A stretch of 64,000 nt of DNA from an uncultured bacterium. GTDB lineage: Bacteria > Bacillota > Clostridia > Oscillospirales > CAG-272. The notes below the pieces were generated by a model. The model was not told where the DNA came from. It did not search any database and was given only the letters and a program-made list of their open reading frames with translations. Below are positions 38,488 to 49,059 of the stretch, piece after piece. The first letter of the stretch is position 1, and every line of letters begins with the position of its first letter. The position numbers and the translations under genes are program-made. The stretch covers positions 2,567 through 66,566 of the forward strand of contig CASDOQ010000014.1 of assembly GCA_949282345.1 (NCBI GenBank), given 5' to 3'.

Positions 38488-39063
38488 ATGCGCCGGGTCG
38501 TTTCGGTCGGCTCTTCCGAAAAGGCACCGATCCTCCTGACGCTTCTCGGAGAGGAGGGAAAACGCGAGACCTACCCTCTCACCCGGAGTGATTATGAAAA
38601 ACTCGGCTCGCCTGCCGAGGGAGAAGAACTGGATGACGAGAGAGAAAAGATCCTGGAGGCTCTGCACGAAGAGCACCGCGCGGTCTCTGCCGCGCTGCGG
38701 ATCCTTTCTTTCGGGGACAACAATCGCCGCTCTCTGCAAAAAAAACTGCTTTTGCGCGGTTTCTCCGCCAAAGCGGCCGAGGCGGCAGTCGAGCGCATGA
38801 CGGCGCGGGGATATATCCGGGAGACCGAACAGGCGGAACGCATGGCCGCCCGTCTGGCGGGCGAGAAATGCTACGGCCCGCGGCGGGTACTGGCGGAACT
38901 CTGCGCGCACGGCTTTGAAAGAGAGACGGCCGAGGCGGCGCTCTCGGCGCTCCGGGCGCGCGGAGACGTTGATTTTGCCCGGAGCCGGGAACTCCTCCTG
39001 CAAAAAAAAGCGCCGCCCGACGCGGCACACGCCAAGGCCCTGCTGTATCGGTACGGCTATTGA
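38488..39063 (+). CDS. recX: recombination regulator RecX
   Basis: The ATG immediately follows the recA TAA. Three-helix repeat pattern (RRSLQKKLLLRGFSAKAAEAAVERM...). Confidence 0.8.
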   Translation: MRRVVSVGSSEKAPILLTLLGEEGKRETYPLTRSDYEKLGSPAEGEELDDEREKILEALHEEHRAVSAALRILSFGDNNRRSLQKKLLLRGFSAKAAEAAVERMTARGYIRETEQAERMAARLAGEKCYGPRRVLAELCAHGFERETAEAALSALRARGDVDFARSRELLLQKKAPPDAAHAKALLYRYGY

Positions 39064-39166
39064 AAGACCTCTCCAAAACGATACGGCGCGGAAGCCCGGT
39101 CGATAAGACCCCCGGACAGGGGAAATCCCCAAAAAGCGTCGCGTTCTTATCGGAAAAGCATAAATC

Positions 39167-39210
39167 AAAAAGTTCCCGCGAATCAAGGGTCGGTTCACGG
39201 GAACTTTTTT
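39167..39210 (+). terminator. Rho-independent terminator after recX
   Basis: 11-bp stem aaaagttcccg / cgggaactttt with a 19-nt loop, followed by a T-run. Confidence 0.65.
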
Positions 39211-39211
39211 C

Positions 39212-39414
39212 GGCAGAAAACGCTGCAATAAATGGGTGTCGCTGGTCCTGTGCCTTTTGCCTGGATTTGTCGGCGCGCATAAGTTCTGCGCATAAGTTAT
39301 GAAGGAAAAGGCGGAAGGGGCGTTTTGTAGATTCTTACGGGAGGACTGTTTGGGATCGGTTGGTTTCTTGATATCATTTCCATCCTTTGCAGACCCGATC
39401 CGTACGTCGTATAA
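39212..39414 (+). pseudogene. decayed TM2-domain protein gene
   Basis: Frame ending at 39295 reads GRKRCNKWVSLVLCLLPGFVGAHKF. After an 11-nt insertion created by duplication of gcgcataagt(t), a shifted frame from 39298 reads YEGKGGRGVL*ILTGGLFGIGWFLDIISIL. Together these match the TM2 pattern K.WV..LL..FLG.FGAHRFY.GK...G.L.LLT.G.FGIWW.ID.I.I. There is no start codon, plus one frameshift and one in-frame TAG (39328). Confidence 0.6.
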
Positions 39415-39440
39415 GAATAAGAGCTACGGCGTTACACAAA

Positions 39441-39474
39441 GAAAAATCCGAAAGCGAGCGCTTTCGGATTTTTG
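39441..39474. terminator. palindromic bidirectional terminator
   Basis: aaaatccgaaagcg / cgctttcggatttt, with T-runs on both strands. It probably serves the minus-strand gene ending at 39555. Confidence 0.65.
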
Positions 39475-39479
39475 GATCA

Positions 39480-39507
39480 GGCGATCTCCGTGAGGAGATC
39501 GCCTTTT
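39480..39507 (+). terminator. Rho-independent terminator (downstream of the TM2 remnant)
   Basis: ggcgatctcc-gtga-ggagatcgcc followed by tttt. Confidence 0.7.
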
Positions 39508-39554
39508 GAAAATGCAGGGGGCGACCTCTGAAAGATCGCTTTGCGGGGCGCCTC

Positions 39555-41210
39555 TCAGGAGGCGGAGGAAGAGGACGAAGAGGAAGAAGCGGCGACCGGG
39601 GTGAAGCTGTTTTTCTCCACGAGGATCTTGGAAAGTTTCTGATACAGGATATTGAAGACGAAACTCTCCTGCCCGCCGCAGGCCTCGAGCGTATCTTCCT
39701 CGGTGATCGAGGTGCTGTTATACTGCTGCTGATAATATTGCACGGCGGCGGCCAATTCGTCCTTGTATTCCTTGGCGGTGACGCTGACCCCCAGTTGATC
39801 GGCGATAAAATAGAAGACCATGCGGTTCCTGGCTTCTTCTTCGGCCAGCGCGCGCAACTCGTTCAGATAGCCGTCCTCGGAGGTATCTTTCCCGGGCAGA
39901 CCCCATATCTGCGTGAAGCAGTCGGCCTTATCCTTGAAATTCGAGGTATTGGCCGCATAGTATTCGCTGGCCTGCTGGTACATGATGTCGTACTCATGCT
40001 GGGTGAGGGCCGCGGGGACCTCGGAGATGGCGGCGTCTTTGAAGAGCTGATTCCACAGGGCGGAGACTTTATTGGAATATACGGTCTCATCGCGCGACTC
40101 CACCAGGAATTTTTCCTTCAGATAGGTGGGGAAGGCCTTGACCATCTGCTCGTCTTCCGAAAGGCCTGCCGTGCCCTCGGTCTTGTTGATATAGTTCTTC
40201 ATGGCGTCGTAGGTCAGGCCGAAGCTGTTCTTCAGGAAGCTCGCCGTGATCTCGGCGCGGGAAAGACTCTCAAACCAGACCTCGAAAATAGCTTCCTTTC
40301 CGGCGACGGCGGCGACCTCGCCGGTGGTTTCATCCTTTCCGTAATCGGCCGGGAAGGTGACGGTGATCGAAAGAGGAGGATTGGTGCCGTTCTTGTTGAT
40401 CGTCTTCAGGATCGTGACGTCCTTGATCGTGACGTCCTCGGCGGTCAGGTCGGCGTCATAGTCGTATTTGCCGGTATAGGAGCCGGTGAGTTTTGTGCCG
40501 ATGGCTTTTCCCTTCAGATCGGCGATCAGTGCCTCGGGCAGACCTTCACGCGGGGAGGCCAGGTCGATGCGTTCCCCGGCGGTCCCGCTCTTTTCCTCGG
40601 TTTTGTCAGTGCCGTTTTCGGTCACGGTCTCGGTGTAGGTGTAGGTATAACTGATAAAGACCACGTCGTCCTCTTGCACGGAACGGGAGGAGGTGGTGTA
40701 GAATTTGATCGGGTATTTCGATGTGTCCTTTCCGATCAGGGCGTCCTCAAAGCCGTCGATGAAAGCGCCCGAGCCGATGAGGAGCTTGTAGACACTGGAG
40801 GCAAGATTACTGCCGCCGACAAATTCTTTTCCGTCGATCAGACCGCGGTACCAGATCGAAACGGTATCTCCTTCGGTGACAAGACCGCCGTCCGGCTTTT
40901 CGGTGGCGGGGATATAGTTGAGTTTCAGATAACTGATATAGTCCTTGACCGTCTTGTCGGTGATCTCATCGGGGGAGGTATATTCAAAGGTCGCGCCCTG
41001 ATATTTTTCGGTCGGGAGGGTCACGAAGTGGGAGAGATCGATTTTTTCATAGGGGCTTTTTTCAAAAGGCGGCTTGTCGAACACACCGGTGAGCCAGAGC
41101 GTCAGCAGAAGGGCTCCGATGAGCAGCAGCGCGCAGAGCGAGGAAAGAAGTGCGATCTTCTGACGCTTTCCGAGCGGTTTTCTTCTTTTTGCGGCACGTT
41201 GTTTTTTCAT
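39555..41210 (-). CDS. membrane-anchored trigger-factor-like protein with FKBP-type PPIase domain
   Basis: Basic N-terminus plus one TM helix. FKBP block [21 protein letters not shown]...[18 protein letters not shown]. Trigger-factor-like C-terminal region and a poly-Ser tail. Its ATG overlaps the rnhA stop (ATGA). Confidence 0.75.
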   Translation of the reverse strand: MKKQRAAKRRKPLGKRQKIALLSSLCALLLIGALLLTLWLTGVFDKPPFEKSPYEKIDLSHFVTLPTEKYQGATFEYTSPDEITDKTVKDYISYLKLNYIPATEKPDGGLVTEGDTVSIWYRGLIDGKEFVGGSNLASSVYKLLIGSGAFIDGFEDALIGKDTSKYPIKFYTTSSRSVQEDDVVFISYTYTYTETVTENGTDKTEEKSGTAGERIDLASPREGLPEALIADLKGKAIGTKLTGSYTGKYDYDADLTAEDVTIKDVTILKTINKNGTNPPLSITVTFPADYGKDETTGEVAAVAGKEAIFEVWFESLSRAEITASFLKNSFGLTYDAMKNYINKTEGTAGLSEDEQMVKAFPTYLKEKFLVESRDETVYSNKVSALWNQLFKDAAISEVPAALTQHEYDIMYQQASEYYAANTSNFKDKADCFTQIWGLPGKDTSEDGYLNELRALAEEEARNRMVFYFIADQLGVSVTAKEYKDELAAAVQYYQQQYNSTSITEEDTLEACGGQESFVFNILYQKLSKILVEKNSFTPVAASSSSSSSSAS

Positions 41211-41683
41211 GTGTTTTCTCCTTGCGAAATAATGGGGGGCGCGGATCCTGTATCGGCGCGGAACCGGTCGGCTTCCGCGGTGGCGAGCGCGTCACAGCGT
41301 TCGTTTTCCGGGTGGCCGGCGTGCCCGCGCACCCAGAGGAAGGTCACGTCGTGCAGAGCAAGAAGCTCGAGCAGTTTTTGCCAGAGATCGGGATTCTTTA
41401 CCTTCCCGCCCCGCCATCCGGCGGCCTGCCAGGCACGCGCCCAACCGAGGTTCACGGCATCGACGAGATAGCGCGAGTCAGAATACAGCGTGACCGAGCA
41501 GGGTTCCTTGAGCGCGGAGAGCGCCGCGATGGCGGCGGTCAGTTCCATGCGGTTATTGGTCGTTTCGGCTTCTCCGCCCGACAGTTCACGCCGCACGGGA
41601 CCGTATTGCAGGATCACGCCGTATCCGCCGGGGCCGGGGTTCCCCCGACAGGCCCCGTCGGTATAAACAGTGACCTGTTTCAT
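41207..41683 (-). CDS. rnhA: ribonuclease HI
   Basis: [27 protein letters not shown], and [16 protein letters not shown] overlaps at both ends. Confidence 0.93.
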   Translation of the reverse strand: MKQVTVYTDGACRGNPGPGGYGVILQYGPVRRELSGGEAETTNNRMELTAAIAALSALKEPCSVTLYSDSRYLVDAVNLGWARAWQAAGWRGGKVKNPDLWQKLLELLALHDVTFLWVRGHAGHPENERCDALATAEADRFRADTGSAPPIISQGENT

Positions 41684-43515
41684 TCGGATTCTTCGAGCGG
41701 GTTCTTCCAGGTGATGTGCGAGTATTCAGCCGCGGGAACGAGTTTTTCTCCCACCTTGTCAAGGAAGATCGAGTCGCGGATATAGGATTCGGTCAGCGAG
41801 TTGCGCGCCTGCTTGGCGAGCTGTGCGGCGCTGGCCTCGCCATAATAGCTCTTATAGCTCGCGGCCATGTCGCTTTCGTATTGGTTGAGCCAGTCGGTCT
41901 TTTCTTTCTCGGTGTACCCGGTAATGCCCGAGGCCTTAGCAAGCGAGTAGGTGATCAGCTTGTGCGCCACGGTCGTCTCGGCGTCCTTTTTTAAGCTTTC
42001 TTCAAAAAGCGCGTCGATCTCGGAGGCGGGCAGTTTTTTGACGGTATCCTTATCGAGTTCGTAGATCTCCACGAGTGCATAGGACTTGTAGGAGCTGTAG
42101 TTCTCAAAATTATAGGTGTAGGTGAAATCCTGCTTTTGCGGGTCGTATCCCGAGATGGTGCGGCCGTTCTCATAGTTGTACTTGATGGTCTTCAGACGGT
42201 TGGAACGCAGGAGGCTGAGATCCTTTTCGGGATAGCCCTTGATGATATTCCCGTCGCCGGTCGAATACTTCTCGAAGATCTCTTCCCAGAGCGCGGCAAG
42301 GATCTGGTTTTTGTAGGCGCCGCTTTCCTTCTGCTTGGCGATATATTCGTCGCGCAGTTTGATGAAGGCGGCGTTGCGCGCGGCGGCGGCGTAGGCTTCA
42401 TCGGTGTCCTCGGTCCCCTCGGGAACCGTGTACCCGTCCATGGCGGAGACGGTCTCTTTCGTCAGGCAGACGGCTTCACGCACGCAGATGCGCGCCATGA
42501 TCGATACATCCTCCGTAAGCGGCAGATCGGTCTCTTTACCTTCGGAATTGGTGTAATAGAAGGAGTTGACTTCGGTATGCTTGACGGTGATCTCCTTGTA
42601 GGAGGCGGTGAAAGCCGCGTCGAGCGTGCCCGAGAAAGTGACGGTCTGCTTTTCTGCGTCTGTCGAGTTCATCTTGATCGAGACGGCGCAGTCGGCGAAC
42701 GACTCGCCGACCTTTTTGCCGGCCAGGGCGGTCAGCAGGGCGGTACGGATGGCGTCGTTGTCGCTCTTGTCGCCGGAGGAGGCAAAGAATTCGCTCTCAA
42801 ACTGATAGCGGAGCGTGTCGTTTTCATCCTTCTTGGTCTGGAGGACGACGGTCCGTTTATCCAAATAGACGGCGCCTTCTTCGTTCTTTGCGGAGATCGT
42901 GAGCACCAGCGAATCCCCGTCCTCGTAGGGGGTATCCTCGGCGCGCGGGGTATACGAGCCGAAGCTGTTGATGGCGGCGCCGAGGAAGATGCCGGAATAG
43001 GCGGCCGCGGTCGCCTCCACTTTGCCCTTGCCCGCTTCAAGCGTCGCGCTCAGCTTGCCCTCGCCGATGCGGAAGAGCGTGGCGGCGCTTTTGAAGTCGT
43101 TATGCGCCACAAGAAGTGAAGGTTCTTTTCCGGTCTCGATCTTATAGATCTCAACGTAGATGCCGGCAACGTCACCCTCTGCCAACCGATGGTCGTCCCG
43201 ATGGCGGAATTCCTGGGAAAGTTTCTTCAGATCGGTGGCGATCTGGGCATAGACGTTCTCTTTGGTCACGCCGGAATCCAGTTCGATCCCGAGCTGACGG
43301 CAGGCGTCGATCGTCAGGCCGTCCGCATTGATGAAGGCCGAGAGATCCTCTTGGTCGTAGCGGTAGCTGTGGTCGATCGAAGACCAGACGATGCCGAAGA
43401 CGATCGCGGCCAGCAGCACGAAAGCCACGGCGGGATACAGGATCTTCTTGGCGGGGGAGAGGCCCAGCCAGAAACGGCTGAATCCCGAGGTGGTTTTTTT
43501 GACTGTTTTACTCAT
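41680..43515 (-). CDS. hypothetical membrane-anchored protein (possibly trigger-factor/SurA-like chaperone)
   Basis: 611 aa from ATG 43515 (SD gaggagtcaacaATG; the track's TTG at 43533 lies inside the SD region). One N-terminal TM helix and a large acidic extracytoplasmic domain. The chaperone call is weak and based only on architecture. Confidence 0.7.
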   Translation of the reverse strand: MSKTVKKTTSGFSRFWLGLSPAKKILYPAVAFVLLAAIVFGIVWSSIDHSYRYDQEDLSAFINADGLTIDACRQLGIELDSGVTKENVYAQIATDLKKLSQEFRHRDDHRLAEGDVAGIYVEIYKIETGKEPSLLVAHNDFKSAATLFRIGEGKLSATLEAGKGKVEATAAAYSGIFLGAAINSFGSYTPRAEDTPYEDGDSLVLTISAKNEEGAVYLDKRTVVLQTKKDENDTLRYQFESEFFASSGDKSDNDAIRTALLTALAGKKVGESFADCAVSIKMNSTDAEKQTVTFSGTLDAAFTASYKEITVKHTEVNSFYYTNSEGKETDLPLTEDVSIMARICVREAVCLTKETVSAMDGYTVPEGTEDTDEAYAAAARNAAFIKLRDEYIAKQKESGAYKNQILAALWEEIFEKYSTGDGNIIKGYPEKDLSLLRSNRLKTIKYNYENGRTISGYDPQKQDFTYTYNFENYSSYKSYALVEIYELDKDTVKKLPASEIDALFEESLKKDAETTVAHKLITYSLAKASGITGYTEKEKTDWLNQYESDMAASYKSYYGEASAAQLAKQARNSLTESYIRDSIFLDKVGEKLVPAAEYSHITWKNPLEESE

Positions 43516-43587
43516 TGTTGACTCCTCGTTCAATAAAAATTCTATTTAAAGCACGGATCCGCGCACCGACCCGGTGCGCGAGCGCGC

Positions 43588-45258
43588 TTAATAACGTTTG
43601 TCGGGATTCGGAATCCCGCCCGAAAGGATCAGTTCGAGATCGCGGTAGAGTTTTTCGGTTTCGTCGGCGGTGATATAGAACCAGGCGCCGGCTTCCCCGC
43701 CCCGCTCCGAGAGCGAAACGAGAACGCGCCGCTCGGTATACGGGTAGAAGCGGTATTCAAACATCGCCCCGTCCGTCATGGTGAGCGAGAGGATCAGCTT
43801 GCAGTTCTCGTCGTCGGCCGTCAGTTCTCCGACCGGCAGGCTTCCGTTGTAGAGTCCGGCGTACCGGATCGTGGCCAGATTCATGTGCAGGCTCTGATAG
43901 GCTTCAAGCGCCAGCCGGCGTTCCATCTCCCGGCCGTCCTCCTCATAGACGTAATACGCGCCGTCCGTGACGTACTTGCTGCCGTCCGGCGAGCGGGTCA
44001 GGCGGATCTCATACTGCCGGTCCACGTCGGGATATCGGAAGGAGAAGAGCAGGCGTTCGGTGTTGTTGATATTGACGGCGAACATTTCGGGCGCCAGCCA
44101 CCAGGAGAGCGGCCGTTCGAGAAAACTCATCTTCTCTCCGTCCACCCGGGCAATGATATCGGATTCGGTACTGCCGACAAAATAACTCCCGTCCTCCTGC
44201 TTTTCGCTGATATAGAGGGTATTGGGGGTATAGACGTTGACGTTCACGTCGCGGTCGTAGACCTCGTCGGATTCGGCGGAGACCGGCGTTTCGTAATAGA
44301 TGCGGTAAGCATTCAGCCCGTAACGCTCCATATTGGCGGCCAGTCCGACGGCGACCGTCCCGCTGCCCTCGAGCGTGCCGACCGTCTCGAGAACGCCCAT
44401 ATAGTTATTGGAGTTCGGCATATAGGCGCGCATTTCGTCCGGGGCTACGATGGCGTAGGCAACGCCGGCGTGGAAATCGTCACGCTGGGACATATTGAGG
44501 AAGTCGATCGAAAGGAAGAGTTTTTCCCCGTAAAAGAGAGAAAAGGCGCGGTCGTAGTAATAGCCGTACTCGGCGTGCGTCGAGGCGAGGATCGGATCCA
44601 CGTAGGCCGAGATATCGGAGAGGGCGGCTTCTCCCGTTCGGGTGACCGAACTGACGTAAACGTCATGGCTCCCCGCGCGGCGGAGATAGTACCCGCCGCC
44701 GGTCACGGCCGCGTCGCCTACGATAATGCGCACAGTCTTCGTCGCCGCCGCACCGTCTTCTCCTTCTTCGCGGTAAACGACCTCAAACCATGCGGGGGAA
44801 TCCCCCTCGGCAAGACCGTATTCCGCGAGGCGTTCGGGCTCGTCGGTCACGTCCACGATCCGATCCTGGACGTAGACGGTGCCGACCCCGACGACAAGGC
44901 TGGCAAAACTCTCCTGATTATAGGAGACGTGCGGGTAAGAGCGGAATTCCTCTCCTTCCCGGACCTCGATGATAAAACTTTCTCCGGGAGTCAGTTCTCC
45001 GTCTTTCATCCGGGCAAAACGGAATTCTCCGTTTTCATTGTGGATGGTGATCGAGAGCATTTTCTCCCGGCTGATATAGGGGATCAGCACCCGGTTGCCG
45101 TAATGAAGACCCTCTCCGCTCAGCGTATCGGGCGGCTTTTGCGTGGTGGAGGCGGCGGCCTCCTGCGCCGGGCGGATCCAGGCAAAGTAGAGGATCGCCA
45201 ACAGGACCGACAGGGCGGCCAGCAGAAGGAGGGGCAGGTTTTTGCGGTTTATCTTCAT
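43588..45258 (-). CDS. DUF4340-like protein (accessory to GldG-type ABC systems)
   Basis: N-terminal TM anchor, size and position directly downstream of the GldG-like genes. SD aaggaggctttcATG. Confidence 0.7.
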   Translation of the reverse strand: MKINRKNLPLLLLAALSVLLAILYFAWIRPAQEAAASTTQKPPDTLSGEGLHYGNRVLIPYISREKMLSITIHNENGEFRFARMKDGELTPGESFIIEVREGEEFRSYPHVSYNQESFASLVVGVGTVYVQDRIVDVTDEPERLAEYGLAEGDSPAWFEVVYREEGEDGAAATKTVRIIVGDAAVTGGGYYLRRAGSHDVYVSSVTRTGEAALSDISAYVDPILASTHAEYGYYYDRAFSLFYGEKLFLSIDFLNMSQRDDFHAGVAYAIVAPDEMRAYMPNSNNYMGVLETVGTLEGSGTVAVGLAANMERYGLNAYRIYYETPVSAESDEVYDRDVNVNVYTPNTLYISEKQEDGSYFVGSTESDIIARVDGEKMSFLERPLSWWLAPEMFAVNINNTERLLFSFRYPDVDRQYEIRLTRSPDGSKYVTDGAYYVYEEDGREMERRLALEAYQSLHMNLATIRYAGLYNGSLPVGELTADDENCKLILSLTMTDGAMFEYRFYPYTERRVLVSLSERGGEAGAWFYITADETEKLYRDLELILSGGIPNPDKRY

Positions 45259-45269
45259 GAAAGCCTCCT

Positions 45270-46874
45270 TTATCGGTTCTTTCGCCGCAGATGCACGGCG
45301 ACCCCGGCAACGGCAACGGCCAACGGGAACAGGCAGAGAAGAACGGTATAGAAGATCTTCATGCCTTCCGTGAGTCCGTGGTATACGACGACGTCCTTTT
45401 TCTGCTCTTTGTCGTAACGAGTGGTGTCTTCCGCTTTGATGGCGTCGGAGACCAGGGCCTTTCCGCCGTATTTCTCGGTGTTGATGTTCAGCCCGCCGAG
45501 GGCGTCGTCCGCGTAGGCGTTGCGCGCGCTCATGGTGCGCACGAGAGAGAAGAGAATGTCGTAATTGGCGTAGGCGGTATTGCCGAGCGTTTCGCTCTCG
45601 ATGAGCGAGGTGGAGGCCGCCGCCAGCACGTACGAGTAATAATCCCGGGCGTCCTCCCGGTAGGTCAGACGGGTGATCATGGCGACCGGGCGCGCCCCGC
45701 GGGCAAGGACCTCCCCGGCTTCATTCCGTACGGTGGAATTATCCGGCGAACGGAAAAGCGGCGAGGTAAAGACCGAGGCTCCGGTCGAAAGATAGCGCGT
45801 GCCGTCCTCCCAGGCGGAGGCCAGCGTTCCGGTATTTCGGAAAGAGACGCGCGGAGGCGTGGAAAGCGAAAGAACGTCGGAAAAGAGCGCGTAACTCATG
45901 TCTTTTTCGGTCGGGTAGGAAGCCGGGAAGGATTCTCCGTCCTGCGCGCCGGCGCGGATATATTCCCCGGATCCGTAGGCGATCCCCCATTCGGTCAGGT
46001 ATTCTTCCAGAACCGGGAGCGAAACGGCCGGGTCTTTGAAAACCATCAGCGAACCGACCCCATCGAGATATCGGTCGATCTTTTCGATCGGGCCGGTCTT
46101 TTCGAGATGCAGATACTCCTCGGTCGGGTAGTCCGTGGTCGGGCCGTTCAGGATCAGGAGAGCACAGTCGGCAGGGATCGGATCGGTATCGAGGTTCAGC
46201 GAAGAGACTTGAAGTCCGGCGTCCTGAAGCAGTTCATAGAAGGCGGCGGCCGACAGACTGTCCGCACTCTCGGGCGAATCGGGATCGTAGACTTTTTCCC
46301 CGTGGCCGACGGTAAAGTAGGCGACCGGGGCGTTCTGCGCGGTCAGCGAAAGAAAGGCGGTGGCCATGCGGTATTCGCCGTCAAAGGCGTAGAGCGTCTT
46401 TCCGGTCTGGTCGTAATTCCAGAAGCGCGAGGCCGTATAGAGCCGGTAGCGCGGCCGCTCCCCGCCCGTGCTGACGATCACGTGGTTCCATTTGATGGCC
46501 GAGGCGGAGGTGGTGCGGAATTGCTGTACCGCGGTCGGGTCGTTTTCCACGTCGCAGGTCACGACCTGCACGTTTGGCATCCGGCGTTCGATCTCCTTGG
46601 CCATAATGTAAACATAACGCGTCAGTTGGTTGGACAGGAGCGCATCGGGATCGGCGCAGAAGGTGATCTTGATCTCGTCGGTGATCGACTCGGTCGTGCG
46701 GAGGAAATCTTCCGAAAGGGTATACAGCCCCTCCGGCGTTTCGTCAATATAGGAGTTGAGGGCGCCCTTGATCGCCAGAAGACCCACTCCGCCGGCCAGG
46801 ACGGCAAGAAGCACCGCCAGGCTGAGGAGGGTGTGGAGGATCGAACGCGTGCTTTTCTTTTCTTTTTGCATCAT
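45270..46874 (-). CDS. GldG-like ABC transporter auxiliary protein (copy 2)
   Basis: N- and C-terminal TM anchors flank a large external domain. KITFCADPD...VVTCDVENDP resembles the ABC_transp_aux pattern. SD aaggaggcgctgaATG. Confidence 0.75.
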   Translation of the reverse strand: MMQKEKKSTRSILHTLLSLAVLLAVLAGGVGLLAIKGALNSYIDETPEGLYTLSEDFLRTTESITDEIKITFCADPDALLSNQLTRYVYIMAKEIERRMPNVQVVTCDVENDPTAVQQFRTTSASAIKWNHVIVSTGGERPRYRLYTASRFWNYDQTGKTLYAFDGEYRMATAFLSLTAQNAPVAYFTVGHGEKVYDPDSPESADSLSAAAFYELLQDAGLQVSSLNLDTDPIPADCALLILNGPTTDYPTEEYLHLEKTGPIEKIDRYLDGVGSLMVFKDPAVSLPVLEEYLTEWGIAYGSGEYIRAGAQDGESFPASYPTEKDMSYALFSDVLSLSTPPRVSFRNTGTLASAWEDGTRYLSTGASVFTSPLFRSPDNSTVRNEAGEVLARGARPVAMITRLTYREDARDYYSYVLAAASTSLIESETLGNTAYANYDILFSLVRTMSARNAYADDALGGLNINTEKYGGKALVSDAIKAEDTTRYDKEQKKDVVVYHGLTEGMKIFYTVLLCLFPLAVAVAGVAVHLRRKNR

Positions 46875-48338
46875 TCAGCGCCTCCTTCTTCTGTTCAGGA
46901 CACAGACACCGCAGACCGCCACGCCAAGCGGGATCACGCCGATGAGGAGCAGGGCATAAAGACGCGCGGTGCGCATGGTGAGATCCTCCAAGCGGTCGGA
47001 GTTGATGGGGAGGACCGTACAGCCGACGGCGGCCTGCGGCGCGCCGAGCTCCGAAAGCAGGGCGAGCGCCACGGTGCGGTTGGAATAGATACCCGAGTAA
47101 AGCACGTCATCGGCCAGAAAATAGACGCTGGAGGAGAGAATGATCGCGCCGCCGTTTTCTGCCCGGCGGGAGAGCGCCAACACAGGATAGGGGGCGGCGT
47201 TCCCCGTCGGCGCGCCGTTTTTATATGTGACGGCGGTCGGGGAGGAAAGGAGCAGCGCTTCGGTATTCCAGCCCGGGGCCTCGGTGAACCCGATGCACGA
47301 GGCTTCGCGCACGATGGCGCGGGAAGAAGTATAAGACGATACCCGCCGGAAGACGCTGTCGCCGACGGTGCCGCTTCCCCGATCGGTCACCAGCGTGTAG
47401 CCGTCCTGGGTCAGCGAGTTTTCGGCGTCCCGGATGATCTCGGTACCGGCGGTGAGCCCGTAGGAGGCGAGAAAGGCGCGCAGATGGGTCAGTTCTCCCT
47501 TGCCGTAGGGGTCGATCGATACGTAGAGCGTTCCGCCGCGCCCGAGAAAGGCGTCGAGCCGGTCGAGTTCCTCGGGGTTCGGATTTTCCGCGGCGGCGCG
47601 GTCAAAGTCGTAGAGGGGGTTAGAGATCACGATGAGGGAGACGTTGTCCGGGATCTCTTCGTCGGGGGAAAGAACCGTAATACCGTAGCCCGCCGCCAGC
47701 AGAAGCGTGTAAAAGCCCTGCATATCGGCAAAGTTTTCCCCGTGGGACGTGGTATAGGCGGCGAGCGGTCGGTTGGCGGTGCGCACGTTTCCGATGCAGG
47801 AAAGCATGACCTCTTCCCCGTTGTACGCCGTTACGGCGCGGTTTTCATCGAGGACGAAAAAGGACTCAAGGCTCTCGGTCTTGTGGCGTCCGCCCGAAAC
47901 GAAGATCACGCTTTCTTCGGTGATCGGGACCTCGACGGTGTTGCCGAGGCTGTCGGTGACGGTGCGGTAGGGCTTGACGGCGCCGGGGTTCAGATAGATA
48001 TTTTCGCTTCGGATCGAGAGAAAGGAAAGCACTTCGGTGAGTTGTCGCGCGGTATTGTAGACGAGGCTGTAGATCGGGTCGGCGGCCAGTTTTTCCTCGG
48101 CCATGCAGAAGATGATCTCAACGCCCTCCCCCTCGCTCTCCCCGGTCGGAAAAAGGTCGGTAGCGGCGGGGCCGATCCGATGCGCGTAATGTTCTCCCGT
48201 GTAAAAATAGAGCGAGAAGTGGTCGCAGAGCGCGGCGATGACGAGGTTGGCAAAGAGCAACGCCGCAAGAAAAAGAGCGATATACGCGGCGTGCCGCCCC
48301 TTTTGCCGTCGGCGGCGGACGGTGTCTTCCCGGTTCAC
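46875..48338 (-). CDS. GldG-like ABC transporter auxiliary protein (copy 1)
   Basis: GTG start at 48338 with gggggtga SD. Same architecture as the neighbouring copy: N- and C-terminal TM anchors. Confidence 0.7.
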   Translation of the reverse strand: MNREDTVRRRRQKGRHAAYIALFLAALLFANLVIAALCDHFSLYFYTGEHYAHRIGPAATDLFPTGESEGEGVEIIFCMAEEKLAADPIYSLVYNTARQLTEVLSFLSIRSENIYLNPGAVKPYRTVTDSLGNTVEVPITEESVIFVSGGRHKTESLESFFVLDENRAVTAYNGEEVMLSCIGNVRTANRPLAAYTTSHGENFADMQGFYTLLLAAGYGITVLSPDEEIPDNVSLIVISNPLYDFDRAAAENPNPEELDRLDAFLGRGGTLYVSIDPYGKGELTHLRAFLASYGLTAGTEIIRDAENSLTQDGYTLVTDRGSGTVGDSVFRRVSSYTSSRAIVREASCIGFTEAPGWNTEALLLSSPTAVTYKNGAPTGNAAPYPVLALSRRAENGGAIILSSSVYFLADDVLYSGIYSNRTVALALLSELGAPQAAVGCTVLPINSDRLEDLTMRTARLYALLLIGVIPLGVAVCGVCVLNRRRRR

Positions 48339-48342
48339 GGTA

Positions 48343-49047
48343 TCACCCCCACCGGCGTTTGTCGAAAACGCGGACGGTCAGAAACAGGAAGGCCGCACAG
48401 ACCATCAGGTAGTAGAGGATCGCGGCGATATCGAAGACTCCCTGCGTGAAATTCTGAAACCGCGAAAAGAGCGAGATACCGGAAAGGATAAACCGGATCC
48501 AAAAGACCGGGATCAGCGAGTTGACAAAGCCGATCAGTACGAAGAAAAGCAGAATGGCCACGGTGCCGATGGCGGCGGCAAGCTGATTTTCGGTCAGGGC
48601 GGAGATAAAGAGCCCGACCGCCGTAAAGGCCGCTCCGAGCAGAAGCACCGCCAGAAGATTTCCGAAAAGAACGGCGGTCTTCACGTTGGCATAGAAATAA
48701 AGGAGAAAAAAGCCGAGGAAAGCAAAGAGCATACATCCGGCAAACAGCGTATAGGCCGCAAAGAATTTGCCGAGAACCATCCCGCTCAGCGAAACGGGCG
48801 AGGTGAGCAGGAGCTGTTCGGTGCGCGAACGGCGTTCCTCGCTGAAAAGTTTCATGGTGAGCAGAGGGATCAGGACCACAAGCAGGAAGATCATGTAGGC
48901 AAAATAGGAAGTGACGTCGGCCTTCATGGAAAAGAGCGTGGTATAGGAAAAGACAGCGCCCGAAAGCGCGAGAAAAACGGCGCAGAAAACATACCCGATA
49001 GGGGTGGTGAAATAGGCGTGCAGTTCACGTTTGTATACAGCGGACAC
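48343..49047 (-). CDS. ABC-2 type transporter permease (GldF-like)
   Basis: GTG start with SD aaaggagatcgcccGTG. KRELHAYFTTPIGYVF..., six TM helices, and the SEERRSRTEQLLLTSPVS motif. Confidence 0.85.
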   Translation of the reverse strand: MSAVYKRELHAYFTTPIGYVFCAVFLALSGAVFSYTTLFSMKADVTSYFAYMIFLLVVLIPLLTMKLFSEERRSRTEQLLLTSPVSLSGMVLGKFFAAYTLFAGCMLFAFLGFFLLYFYANVKTAVLFGNLLAVLLLGAAFTAVGLFISALTENQLAAAIGTVAILLFFVLIGFVNSLIPVFWIRFILSGISLFSRFQNFTQGVFDIAAILYYLMVCAAFLFLTVRVFDKRRWG

Positions 49048-49059
49048 GGGCGATCTCCT

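Noticed and set aside
39299-39493. 64-aa ORF and the 80-aa ORF at 39060..39302 downstream of recX.
   Set aside because: Other frames in the same DNA give a clear but broken TM2-domain translation, and these ORFs cross terminator hairpins. The region is better explained as a pseudogene.
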